From: Promethearchaeota archaeon | GTDB lineage: Archaea; Asgardarchaeota; Lokiarchaeia; Sigyniarchaeales; SOKP01 | Length of the DNA stretch: 32,613 bases | Direction of reading: 5' to 3' | NCBI GenBank assembly: GCA_048938005.1 | Contig: JBHLMQ010000035.1 | Coordinates: 1 to 32,613, forward strand | In this document: positions 17,929 to 27,800 of the stretch, in pieces | Layout of the letters: each line of letters opens with the position of its first letter | Position numbering within the stretch: position 1 is the first letter of the stretch | Notes under the pieces: generated by a model | Told to the model about the DNA's origin: nothing | Databases searched by the model: none | What the model saw: only the letters and a program-made list of their open reading frames with translations | Position numbers and translations under genes: made by a program

Positions 17929-18954
17929 TTATTTTATATATTTCATTTCTTCTTTAGGGATTGACCGAAATCCCAAGGATATCATCATTCCGTATATTAT
18001 AGCCAGAGATATAGAGCGAAAAATAGAATTATGACCAATTGATAAATCAGTTCTCGGAAGTAAATGTGGCATCATTTTATCGAGAATATATTTTGTTTCT
18101 GGCTTTTCTCTATGGTATTTCACAATCAGAGCTTTAAATTTCTTCATGAAGGATTCATGTTCTAAAAGAACCTCTCTAACATTACTTCTCCCATTTATAA
18201 CTCCGAAATGCCCAAATCCTGCCTTTAAAGGTATTTGTAACTTCTTTAGATTCTCTAAAGTTCTCATGTAAACTTCATGATTGTAATAAACAGGCATAGA
18301 TGTAGGCATTGTTAATAATTTTGAGGCATGATATACAGTACCTGCAGCTTCTCCTAAAAAAATAAAATCAATTAAGTTATTTTTTATCAGGACAGGAGTT
18401 TGATGATCTGGAGTATGCCCAGGTGTTTTTAATATCGCTAATTTTATTTCTGAACCATTGGTAATAAATGTTTCAATTAAATCTAGTTTATGAGGATTTA
18501 AATTAAAATTATTGCTTGGTTCAATGATCTTAAAAGCCATATCTTCAATGGGTCTCATTTCACCAACTAAATTTCCATATGTACTTCTTCCACGATTTAA
18601 ATGAAGTTCATAATCATTTAGAAGTGCCTTAGTCAGGTTATTAGTAAGAATTTTAACCTCTGGATTATATTTTTTTATTTCCTCGTATAATTTCCACATT
18701 CCCCCATTATGATCAAAATGATGGTGAGATGTTATTAGATATTTAAATGACGACAAGGGAATTTGATTTTTTTTAATATATCGTAATACCCTTTTAATTT
18801 CTAATGAAGATCCGCAATCAATCAAAATTGAACTATCATCAAATTCTCCAAGAAAAATAGATAACATCCTTGTCGTTGCATATGCTTTTGGGTCAATGTG
18901 ATGGAGATATTCATTGATCTTCCCTGATTTTAAAGTTATAACATCTTTATCCAT
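17929..18954 (-). CDS. Metallo-beta-lactamase fold hydrolase
   Basis: LIDCG, SHHHFDHNGG (HxHxDH), TPGHTPDH and GHFG. Confidence 0.9.
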   Translation of the reverse strand: MDKDVITLKSGKINEYLHHIDPKAYATTRMLSIFLGEFDDSSILIDCGSSLEIKRVLRYIKKNQIPLSSFKYLITSHHHFDHNGGMWKLYEEIKKYNPEVKILTNNLTKALLNDYELHLNRGRSTYGNLVGEMRPIEDMAFKIIEPSNNFNLNPHKLDLIETFITNGSEIKLAILKTPGHTPDHQTPVLIKNNLIDFIFLGEAAGTVYHASKLLTMPTSMPVYYNHEVYMRTLENLKKLQIPLKAGFGHFGVINGRSNVREVLLEHESFMKKFKALIVKYHREKPETKYILDKMMPHLLPRTDLSIGHNSIFRSISLAIIYGMMISLGFRSIPKEEMKYIK

Positions 18955-19050
18955 AAAAAAAATAATTAAAATTTAAATAATAAGTATTTTATTATAAGAA
19001 ATCAGTAGTCTTAGGGCTTTTATTATTAAAAATTTTTAAAAAAATTTTTC

Positions 19051-21249
19051 TTAAAGATTGAGTTTTTGTCTCCATATCTTCATTGTCAGCTTTAATTCTT
19101 CCCTTTCAGGGCGGCTTAATATGTCAGGATTGCTTTTAAGCTCAATACTTTCATTATGAATATTTTTTAACACGCTGTTATAACCCTCAATTTTAACATA
19201 TTCATTTTGAAATTTTTCAAGTGCTAATGAAATTTCCGTCCCAGTCATTTTTTCGAGATTATTGACGATCTCATTAAATTGATTTGATAAAATTGTCGAT
19301 TTTGGAGCTTCTATACGTTCTTTTTCTTCTACTTCTTCTTTAGGTGGAATTTTTATAATCTCCTCTTCTACAAAAGGTTCTTCTTTCAAGGGTTCTTCTT
19401 TCAAAGGTTCTTCTAGTACAGGTTTTTTTATTGTACGCATAACTTCCTTCCTAGCACCCACCCATGCATCTTCAAGAATTGGGACAAATATTTTGATATG
19501 TTCCTCAATTATACTTCCAATTCCTGCAATTTCAGTAACATATTCTCCCCGAAATTCAGTTTTAGAAAGGACGCATAATATTACCTCTTCATAGTCTTTG
19601 TTAATCCCCCAAAGATTTTGAAGAGCTCTATTTCTATAATCTACGTTATCCATATTATCCATTTCTCTCATAACTGCTTCATGTTCTGGTATGGTTGGAT
19701 CAATATAAGTGGCAACTCTGAAATTTATACGGGAAGGTCGGGCTTTAATTGCATCAATATCAATATCAGAGAGATTAGGAGCAACAATTAACACTCTCAT
19801 TTTAGCTTTTGCGATTTCATCATTAATATGAGCTTTAGCAGCTTCTGGAGAGCGAATAAACCAGATATCTTTCATTGTAATACCTCGTCTTCCTTTAGCT
19901 TGATCCCAAAATTCTCTAGTAGTAATTTCACTAACTTCTAATTTATTTAAAATATCTGATAATGTATTATCTAATGTGTCAACTATCCCCTTTCCAAAGA
20001 TATCTTTTATATTGCCAAATGATTCAAAAATCCCTCCAGAAAGCCCATCGATTTTCTCTTCTGCTAGCTTTACAGCTTTATTAAAATTATCAGAAAGTTC
20101 TCCAAATATTCTTTCTTTATCTGCTCCTGATTTAGAAGTAATTGATTCAATATTCTTAACGGCATCTTGAAGTGAATCTTTTAATTTTGAAATAATTTCT
20201 GTATTTAATCCTTCAGTTGCTTTTTTTAATTCATCTGCAAAAACAGTCTGACTAACACTCAATTGCACATTTAAATTGTCAGTAATGTCTTTTAGACGTG
20301 AAGCGATAACTTTATCAATGACATCACCTACAGCTTGCTGAATAACTCCTAACCGTAATTTCTGTAAATTTTCAGTAATAGTACTTTTAATATCACCGAA
20401 TTGATCCCTTAGATCATCAACTTGGTTTTTAATTATCTGGGATGTCTTTACATTAAGGTTTTGAAATTGCTTTGCTAAAGATCCAAGTTGATCATCAGAT
20501 AGAGTTTTTGTAATATCTCCTAATTGTGAGATATCGTCTGTAATCGATCTGATTTGATCAATTGCAGAAATAGTTTCATCAAATTCTTTCTTCTGAGCGT
20601 GGATTTGAGAAAGCATTTTTTCTTTCAAGTCAGTCATTACTTCACTAGAATCTTTTAGTTTTTCCATATCCTGGGCCTCTGTTTCAAGTTTTGCAAAAGA
20701 TACATCTAGCTGTTTCGGTATCCGTGACTTAATATCTGAAATATAAGAATAAAAGTTCTTTAATTGTGCAATTAAAGCAGCATAAGGCGGTAAAGCTTGA
20801 TAGTGAGGTGTTGCACCAATAATCTCTTTAAATAAACCTTTTTCAACAAATTTATCAGCAATTTTTTTGCATACTTCTTTTGGCCTGTTAATTAAAATTG
20901 CCATTTCCCCGACAGATACTGCTTCTCGACCTGTGGTTCGAAAATAGAGTTCAATTTCTTCATCAGATAAATCAATTTCACTTAATACTTGCCTTGTTAA
21001 CTCTTTTGAATAAGAAACATCTTTTTCTTTTTCTATTACATCCTTTATTTCAAAATTTTCAACTTCTAAATACTGGTTAATGAAGACAATTAATTTGTGA
21101 GCTGGTTCACCATGAATATCTTCTTTTCTAATAGGAAATTTTTTAATTTCTTTATATTCATCAACTGAAATCGGAAATTTAATTTCTTTTAGGCAAATTT
21201 TACATGTAATTGGAACTTCGACAACATCTTTATCTTTAAACAGATACAT
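19051..21249 (-). CDS. Multidomain TrmB-like regulator: putative Zn domain + TrmB wHTH + long helical region + TrmB/PLD-like effector domain
   Basis: C16xxC19 and H46/H51; LSDEEIELY..VSVGEMA..FVEKGLF..YQALPP; about 300 aa amphipathic helical stretch; DIWFIRS..EIAKAKMRVLIVAP. Confidence 0.6.
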   Translation of the reverse strand: MYLFKDKDVVEVPITCKICLKEIKFPISVDEYKEIKKFPIRKEDIHGEPAHKLIVFINQYLEVENFEIKDVIEKEKDVSYSKELTRQVLSEIDLSDEEIELYFRTTGREAVSVGEMAILINRPKEVCKKIADKFVEKGLFKEIIGATPHYQALPPYAALIAQLKNFYSYISDIKSRIPKQLDVSFAKLETEAQDMEKLKDSSEVMTDLKEKMLSQIHAQKKEFDETISAIDQIRSITDDISQLGDITKTLSDDQLGSLAKQFQNLNVKTSQIIKNQVDDLRDQFGDIKSTITENLQKLRLGVIQQAVGDVIDKVIASRLKDITDNLNVQLSVSQTVFADELKKATEGLNTEIISKLKDSLQDAVKNIESITSKSGADKERIFGELSDNFNKAVKLAEEKIDGLSGGIFESFGNIKDIFGKGIVDTLDNTLSDILNKLEVSEITTREFWDQAKGRRGITMKDIWFIRSPEAAKAHINDEIAKAKMRVLIVAPNLSDIDIDAIKARPSRINFRVATYIDPTIPEHEAVMREMDNMDNVDYRNRALQNLWGINKDYEEVILCVLSKTEFRGEYVTEIAGIGSIIEEHIKIFVPILEDAWVGARKEVMRTIKKPVLEEPLKEEPLKEEPFVEEEIIKIPPKEEVEEKERIEAPKSTILSNQFNEIVNNLEKMTGTEISLALEKFQNEYVKIEGYNSVLKNIHNESIELKSNPDILSRPEREELKLTMKIWRQKLNL
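19376..19414. repeat. 15-bp tandem repeat (about 2.6 copies) encoding EEPLK-EEPLK-EEP
   Basis: ggttcttctttcaag / ggttcttctttcaaa / ggttcttct. Confidence 0.85.
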
Positions 21250-21282
21250 TTTTCATAAACCTCTCTTTTTGATTTTTATTAC

Positions 21283-22536
21283 TCAAAATGTTACTTTTTC
21301 TGGATAGGTTATTTCTAATAAACTAAGAGCTTTCTTAGCAATTTCGTAAGTAATCCCCCCATCAGTTTCTTGATTTTTATATGCTGCTCTAATTTTAGGA
21401 AGTAAATATTCTGGAAATACAATCAATGGTTTAATATCGGTTAATAGACATATCCATTTTCTATTGTTTTCATCAGTAACTTCAGTGATAATATTTAAAC
21501 TCTTTAAATCATCTAATAAAATCTCAGTAACAGCAAATTCTGAAAATATTTTAGGAATTTTATCCATGGGATAATGATTATGTCTCATCAATATAAAAAA
21601 ATCATAAACATCAGGATTCAAAAGAATAGATGCTAATTTTTTTGTTTCTTCAATAGATTGGGTATAAGGATCATAATTTGCAAAGAAATCAATAACTTTT
21701 TGTTTAAATATTGGTAATAATTCATTCTTTGTTTCTTTAAAGTGGTTTAGCAAATTCTCATTAGGGATGCGAGTAAGAATAATATCCTTAATTAGAAATA
21801 AATACTCTCCTTGATGTGATAATTCCCCTGTTTTTTTATCTTTCTCTCCTTTTATCCAATCTCGGCGAATAATGTTCAATTCTAAAAATGGTTGAAGTAA
21901 TATATCTATATTTGCAGTAGAAGTCATTTTTTCTAAAATACTTTTCATTTCCTTTTTTGAAATAGGATACTCCCGTAAAATTTCCAAAATTTTTAATCGT
22001 TCATCACTGTTATAGATTAATGCGACTTTCTGAATTTTATCCAGGTTTGTTAATCGGTCTACTTGAAAAATTGTGAATTTAATTTCATTTTTCAATCTTA
22101 TATTTATATTTTCAATTAAGGAAAGCTGTTTTGAATTTCTAGCCCTTGTCAATTTATCAAAGATACTGTCTAATCTATTACCCATATCTTTGATTAGATC
22201 CTCAAATATAGCAATTTCATCATCCAATTCAAATATCGAAATTGCTAAATATTGTGTTCCGTCAGCAACTTGTTTAAAATAAGAAATTACTTGATAAGGA
22301 GTCTCTTTTAATCTTCCCTCATAAAAATTACTATAACTGTATTTGACCCCAAAAAGCCCTGTAGTATGTTGATAAAAAATCGCAAATATATCATTTTCAA
22401 CAATCAATTCCGAGAAATTAGTTTCATCAAATTTTTCTTCTCGGAATATTAATTGAATTGGGTCAAACTCCGGCTCAATTTCGCCTGTCTCTTTCTGATT
22501 AATTTTAAATTGAAATGTTAATATACCTTGAATCAC
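21283..22536 (-). CDS. Putative longin-like domain + two winged-helix repeats (NPRL2/NPRL3-like architecture)
   Basis: N-terminal strand/helix pattern fits a longin fold; two similar segments (ILEILREYP..LLQPFLELNII..YLFLIKDI and FFILMRHNH..LLDDLKSLNII..WICLLTDI); GTG start. Confidence 0.5.
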   Translation of the reverse strand: MIQGILTFQFKINQKETGEIEPEFDPIQLIFREEKFDETNFSELIVENDIFAIFYQHTTGLFGVKYSYSNFYEGRLKETPYQVISYFKQVADGTQYLAISIFELDDEIAIFEDLIKDMGNRLDSIFDKLTRARNSKQLSLIENINIRLKNEIKFTIFQVDRLTNLDKIQKVALIYNSDERLKILEILREYPISKKEMKSILEKMTSTANIDILLQPFLELNIIRRDWIKGEKDKKTGELSHQGEYLFLIKDIILTRIPNENLLNHFKETKNELLPIFKQKVIDFFANYDPYTQSIEETKKLASILLNPDVYDFFILMRHNHYPMDKIPKIFSEFAVTEILLDDLKSLNIITEVTDENNRKWICLLTDIKPLIVFPEYLLPKIRAAYKNQETDGGITYEIAKKALSLLEITYPEKVTF

Positions 22537-22871
22537 TCTTTTTTCCCTTTAAATATGTAATTAATAATGTATATAGTTAACTAATAACTAATTATATAAT
22601 TATAAGAATCTTATTTAATTAAATATGTAAGTAAATGTAGTTATTTATAGTAAATTTTTATTTTGATATTAAAAAATTGTAAGATAAAATTATATTTATT
22701 AATATTTATGAGAGATTAACTTTTATGTAAAAAACTCATTTATATTATATTTATACTAATCTTGAGACAATACAAATAAAGATAAATTAAATTATAAATA
22801 ATTCTTTCTTATATAACTTATTTAGCAATTAATTAAAAATAGATTTCTAAATTAATAGTGATATACCTAAA

Positions 22872-24593
22872 ATGAAAACGAAAAATAGTCTCAAAATAAT
22901 TATTTCCTTGTTGTTTGTTATACTTATTATTTCTTCATTATGTATGTTTATAGGAAAAAATAGTTCAAATAAAATTTATATTAATACAAACTCTTTTGAA
23001 GAACTTGAAACTTCTGGAACATCATACCATAACAATGAACCGTGGATTGTTAATCCTACATTTATACAACCAGTAGATCCATGGTATCCGACCATTGAGG
23101 AAGATGTTTCTGATGCTAGCACATCAACAAGTCCAAATCAAGCAAATTTTGTGGTTATTGGAAATTCAGGACAATATAGTTTTGCTGAAACACCCGATGA
23201 GACATGGAACGTTAGTTCTGATCCTAATTGGGGTCCGTTGCCTAATTTAGCATTATATGATAATAATTATAGTACTGATAAGTATGGGGCTTTTCTTACT
23301 TATAGGTGGGATGAAAATGGTATGGGAGGTCAGCTTGGACAACTTGTTAGTGTACAATGGAAAAAAAACATTCCCAACGTTCCAGTTAACATGTCAGATT
23401 ATATTATTACCTCTGCATCGCTTAAAGTGATTTTTAATGCAACAGTTCAAGCACTTGATCATACGAATGGTGGTATAGATTGCATTGGTGATTCAGTCGG
23501 TCAAATTGATAATGGTGATTTTGTAAGATTTTATACTACACTTTCTGATCCAAATAATATTAGCATAATCCCCCAAGCATATAATAAATCTAATAATAAT
23601 CCTCCTTATTTAGGTCTAGATGCTCGAGCTGATTTGGATGGAAAAGATCATTTTGCAGATACCATATTATCTCCTTCAGAAAGTTTCTTAATTGATGATT
23701 TGGAGAGTTTATTTAAATTGAATCATACCAGTCTTACAATTCTTATAGGAATTGATATTCACTGTGAAGATAATAATGCTGTTTATGATGATGATTATTG
23801 GGAAAAATTAAGAATTAAATACGTCAACCTAACATTCACCTATGAGAAAAGAATTGATCAGTTTACAGCTATCTCGTGGAATCAAGATTTGAATGCAGTT
23901 AATCGTACAAGAATTAACTCTACTATACAAATTATTGATGCTAATCTTAATTTTAAATTTAAAATCGATCAAAATTGGACCGAAGCCTCCCAAAATTCCC
24001 ATTTCCGAATTTTTATTGATGATAGAAAATCATGGACTAAATTTTTAATAGATTATGTTTATTCGCCAGAGTTTCAAGACGCAGAGATAGGCGGTATTGA
24101 CATTGTTTCGAAAATTTTACCATATGAAGAATTTACTTTATCAATTCAAGTGTTTTTAGCTGAAGATTTTGGATTAGCTCATAATATTACTATTTCAATA
24201 ACAGATGTCTATTTAAACATTTCTTGGATAGAATCATGGACCGAGCCCTCGATTCCTGAACCATGGATATTTGCCTTATTATTAATTTTAGTAAGTATAG
24301 GTGCAATTTCTTTAGGTGGTTATTTAATTGCATATCAAAGAGTTTTAAAATATCCTAGACCTGTAAGAAAAGTGAGAAAATTCAGGAGAACTCTTAATAA
24401 AAGTTCTGCTCCGGATGTAGCAATATTGCCAAGAGAAATAGCATTTAAGAAATCTTATAACAGAGAATTAGTTGAAACGTCTAAAGGACTGAAACTTAAA
24501 CCTAGTGAGTCAAAAGTAGCTAAAGTTATAGAAAAAGGTGAATTTGCAAAGCCACCAGAAACAACTTTTGAAACAAAAATAGATTCTGACTAA
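22872..24593 (+). CDS. Membrane-anchored surface (glyco)protein, one repeat module; probably prematurely terminated
   Basis: N-terminal TM/signal; beta-rich region with many N-x-S/T sequons; TM followed by KYPRPVRKVRKFRRTL; paralog of the next gene. Confidence 0.8.
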   Translation: MKTKNSLKIIISLLFVILIISSLCMFIGKNSSNKIYINTNSFEELETSGTSYHNNEPWIVNPTFIQPVDPWYPTIEEDVSDASTSTSPNQANFVVIGNSGQYSFAETPDETWNVSSDPNWGPLPNLALYDNNYSTDKYGAFLTYRWDENGMGGQLGQLVSVQWKKNIPNVPVNMSDYIITSASLKVIFNATVQALDHTNGGIDCIGDSVGQIDNGDFVRFYTTLSDPNNISIIPQAYNKSNNNPPYLGLDARADLDGKDHFADTILSPSESFLIDDLESLFKLNHTSLTILIGIDIHCEDNNAVYDDDYWEKLRIKYVNLTFTYEKRIDQFTAISWNQDLNAVNRTRINSTIQIIDANLNFKFKIDQNWTEASQNSHFRIFIDDRKSWTKFLIDYVYSPEFQDAEIGGIDIVSKILPYEEFTLSIQVFLAEDFGLAHNITISITDVYLNISWIESWTEPSIPEPWIFALLLILVSIGAISLGGYLIAYQRVLKYPRPVRKVRKFRRTLNKSSAPDVAILPREIAFKKSYNRELVETSKGLKLKPSESKVAKVIEKGEFAKPPETTFETKIDSD

Positions 24594-24695
24594 TTGATAA
24601 GCAAATCATTAGAAAAAAAAAAGAAAGAGCCTGATGATTTAGTTCAAAAATTACCTAAAAAACCTGATTCTTAAATATTTTTTCTTTGCAAAAAT

Positions 24696-24739
24696 ATTTA
24701 AATAAAGCCTTTAAAAGTGATATAAAATTTAAATAAAGC
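24696..24739 (+). promoter_or_regulatory. Duplicated 13-bp TATA-like element upstream of the 1188-aa gene
   Basis: atttaaataaagc at 24696-24708 and 24727-24739 (31-bp period); contains TTTAAATA. Confidence 0.45.
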
Positions 24740-24816
24740 AAATACTAAAGTAACATATTTACTCATTTAAACTAAATTTAATTTTGAAGAAAATCTAATA
24801 ATAGGTTGAAATTATT

Positions 24817-27800
24817 ATGAAATTAGAAAAACAAAAAGAAAGATTTTATTTCTTCATAATTATTATCTTATTTATCCTTTCATTTAATATATTTACATTA
24901 AACATAGTTTTTGGACAAAACTCTGCTAATATTGCCAAGAATTCTTTAAACACATTGGAAATTGAAAAACAAGGAAAGATACACACTTCAAGTGAAATTC
25001 CACATCAAAACATAGAATGGTTGAAAAACTCAGATTTTAATACAACTGAATATTGGGTTTCAAATATTACCGGAGATAGTAGAGATATCGATGCAAATAT
25101 TAACAATGATCAAGCAAATTATTATATTTTAGGTGATCAAGGAACATACTCAAATGTTTCTGGTACACCCACATCTAGTTACTGGAAGAATGTTACGAAT
25201 ACGAATTTTCCATCATTACCGTCTTTTCAAGAAATAGATGATTATGGTTGTCATGTTTATCATTCTTGGCAAGATCCAGAAGATCCATTCCAAATGGTAA
25301 GCATTCATTGGGATAGAAATATTACTTTACCCGATTTTTTTGACATTACTGACTATAATATTACTTCAGCTTCATTAACAGCAATAGTTAACGCCACAGT
25401 TACGCCTTATGGTACTACTCCGCTTTATCGAAGGGGGGTGGATGTCGAAGGTGATACTATTGATGGATCAGATCCAGACTTTCAGAGAGAATATGATTAT
25501 GTTAGGTTTTATGTATTAATTTCAGACTTACAAAAAAATTATACATACGAACTTGCATATAATCAAACTAAGAATCTAGGACAAGATAGTGGTCCCACAA
25601 TTTCAAATATGATAGATACAGAAATGTTTACTTATTCTGAGGAAAAAATTATATCACATTTAACAACAGTATTAGAAAAAGATCCTGATCATAGATCCTT
25701 TACGTTAACTTTAGGAATGAGAATTTATTGTGCAGATAATGGGATGGGAGATAACGACACCTGGAATTCCTTACGTATTAAATCCTGTAATTTCTCTTTT
25801 GCATATGAAAAAATTATTAACAAATTTTCTTATGCAGTGTGGGAACAAGAGAGCAACGAAATTAGCGGAAACAATGTACAAATTACTGATGCTATTCTTA
25901 ATTTCGACTATAAAATAAATCAAACTTGGTCAATGGCCCTATCTCCAAACTCCGAGATTCGAATATTAATTAATGGCAAACAACATACAGAAACATTAAG
26001 ACTCAGTAATGCCCCCCTAACCTTTCAGGAAGCAAAGGTAGGCGGATTTGATGTTTCTACTTTGATTTCTGCTTATATTAACATTTCTATTTCGATTCAA
26101 GTTTTTCTTGGTGATGAGTTTGGTTTGGATCAAGAAGTTAAAATCTCGATTGATAACGTATCTCTAAAAATTTCTTATTTTGAAATTTTTAGTGACGTTC
26201 TTCCAGAACCTCTTATATTTCGCATATTACTTATTGTCGCTCTTGTAGCATCCCTTATTCTAGGAAGTTATTTAGTTCTATATCAAAAAATATTGAAATA
26301 TCCAAAACCAGTTCGAAAAGTTCGAAAATATAAAAGAACTCTGAGAAGAAAAAAGGCCCCTAGCACCCCAATTTCCAGTCGTGAGAGAAGTTTTACTGCC
26401 TCATTTAATAAAGAATTGAGTACAACTGCGAGTTTAAGAAAAGGAAAACCAACAGAACAGAAAATAGAACCTACTAAAAAAGTAAGTACTGTACCTAAAA
26501 ACCCTTCAAGTAATAATGTTAATAACACCTCTGAAAAACTTGAAAGCAATAATAACACAAACCTATTTAAACACCCTACTAAAAGAAAAGATCAAAAAAG
26601 ATTTGAAAAACTAAAGAAGAGAAAACATATCTCTAAGAGTCTAAGCTTTTCTAAACATCAAAAGTTTTTTATTTTAATTATAATTCTACTCATTTTATTG
26701 CTAAATCCCTTTATAATCCGAATTGTTAATACTCAAAACTATAGTGAATTTAAGAATAATGAATTTAACTTCAAAGAAATACAAAATCCTGAAAGCTTAT
26801 CTCTTTCAGCTGTGAATTCTGTTACAAGGGAATGGCTACAAAATTCCGAATTTGATACATCAGAGCATTGGAATTTGCTAAAAGAAGAAACTGGGGATAA
26901 AGATGATATTGATGGTAATATAAGTCAAGGGCAAGCAAATTATAAAGTTTTAGGAGAAATAAGAACTTATTCGAATATATCTGGTCCACCTGATGATACA
27001 TGGACAAGAGTTGTCAATCCCAACTTTCCCGATTTACCTGATACAGCTCAAATAATAGACGGTTATGGATGTTATGTTTCACATGAATGGGCAGAAAGAG
27101 CCGATCAATCTCCTTCTGTACATTGGGATAAGAATGTTACTATGCCCGTTTCCATGTCTGATTATATAATAAAATCTGTTTCCCTTAATACAGTTGTAAA
27201 TGCTACAGTACAAGCAACCGGCGGAGGAAGTGGAGGAATTGAAGTTCCAGGAGACACTGTTACTGTTAATGCTACTCATGATTATGTAAGTTTTTATGTG
27301 TTATTATCTGATTTATCAAAAGAAAAGGTTTATAAAGTTGCATATAATCAAACTAAGAATTTAGGACAAGATAGTAATCCCACAATTACCAATATGCTAG
27401 ACACTGCTCTAACAAATGTACCTCAAAAAAGGTTAATTGAATACCTTACTTCAGTTTTAAGAACGGATAATCTCCACTTTACAATAACTTTAGGAATTAG
27501 AATATGGTGTGAAGATAACTTTAATTGGGATGAAGATGATTGGGTAGATTTATGGATTAAATCTTGTAATTTATCATTTACTTATGAAAGAAAGATAGAC
27601 CGATTCACTGCCATATCGTGGAATCAAGTTGGTGATGATATTTCTGGAGATAATATTCAGATAACTGAAGCAAATTTAAGATTTAAATATAAAATCGATC
27701 AATTATGGCCTGTATCAGCTCCATATTCTGAAATTAGAGTTTTAATTAATGATAATCCGCTCACGGGAACTGAACTTAAATTAAGTTCAGCTACACTTAC

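Noticed and set aside
22574-22602. Palindromes tagttaacta and taattatataatta in the divergent promoter region
   Set aside because: Almost pure A/T in an extremely AT-rich spacer; expected by chance.
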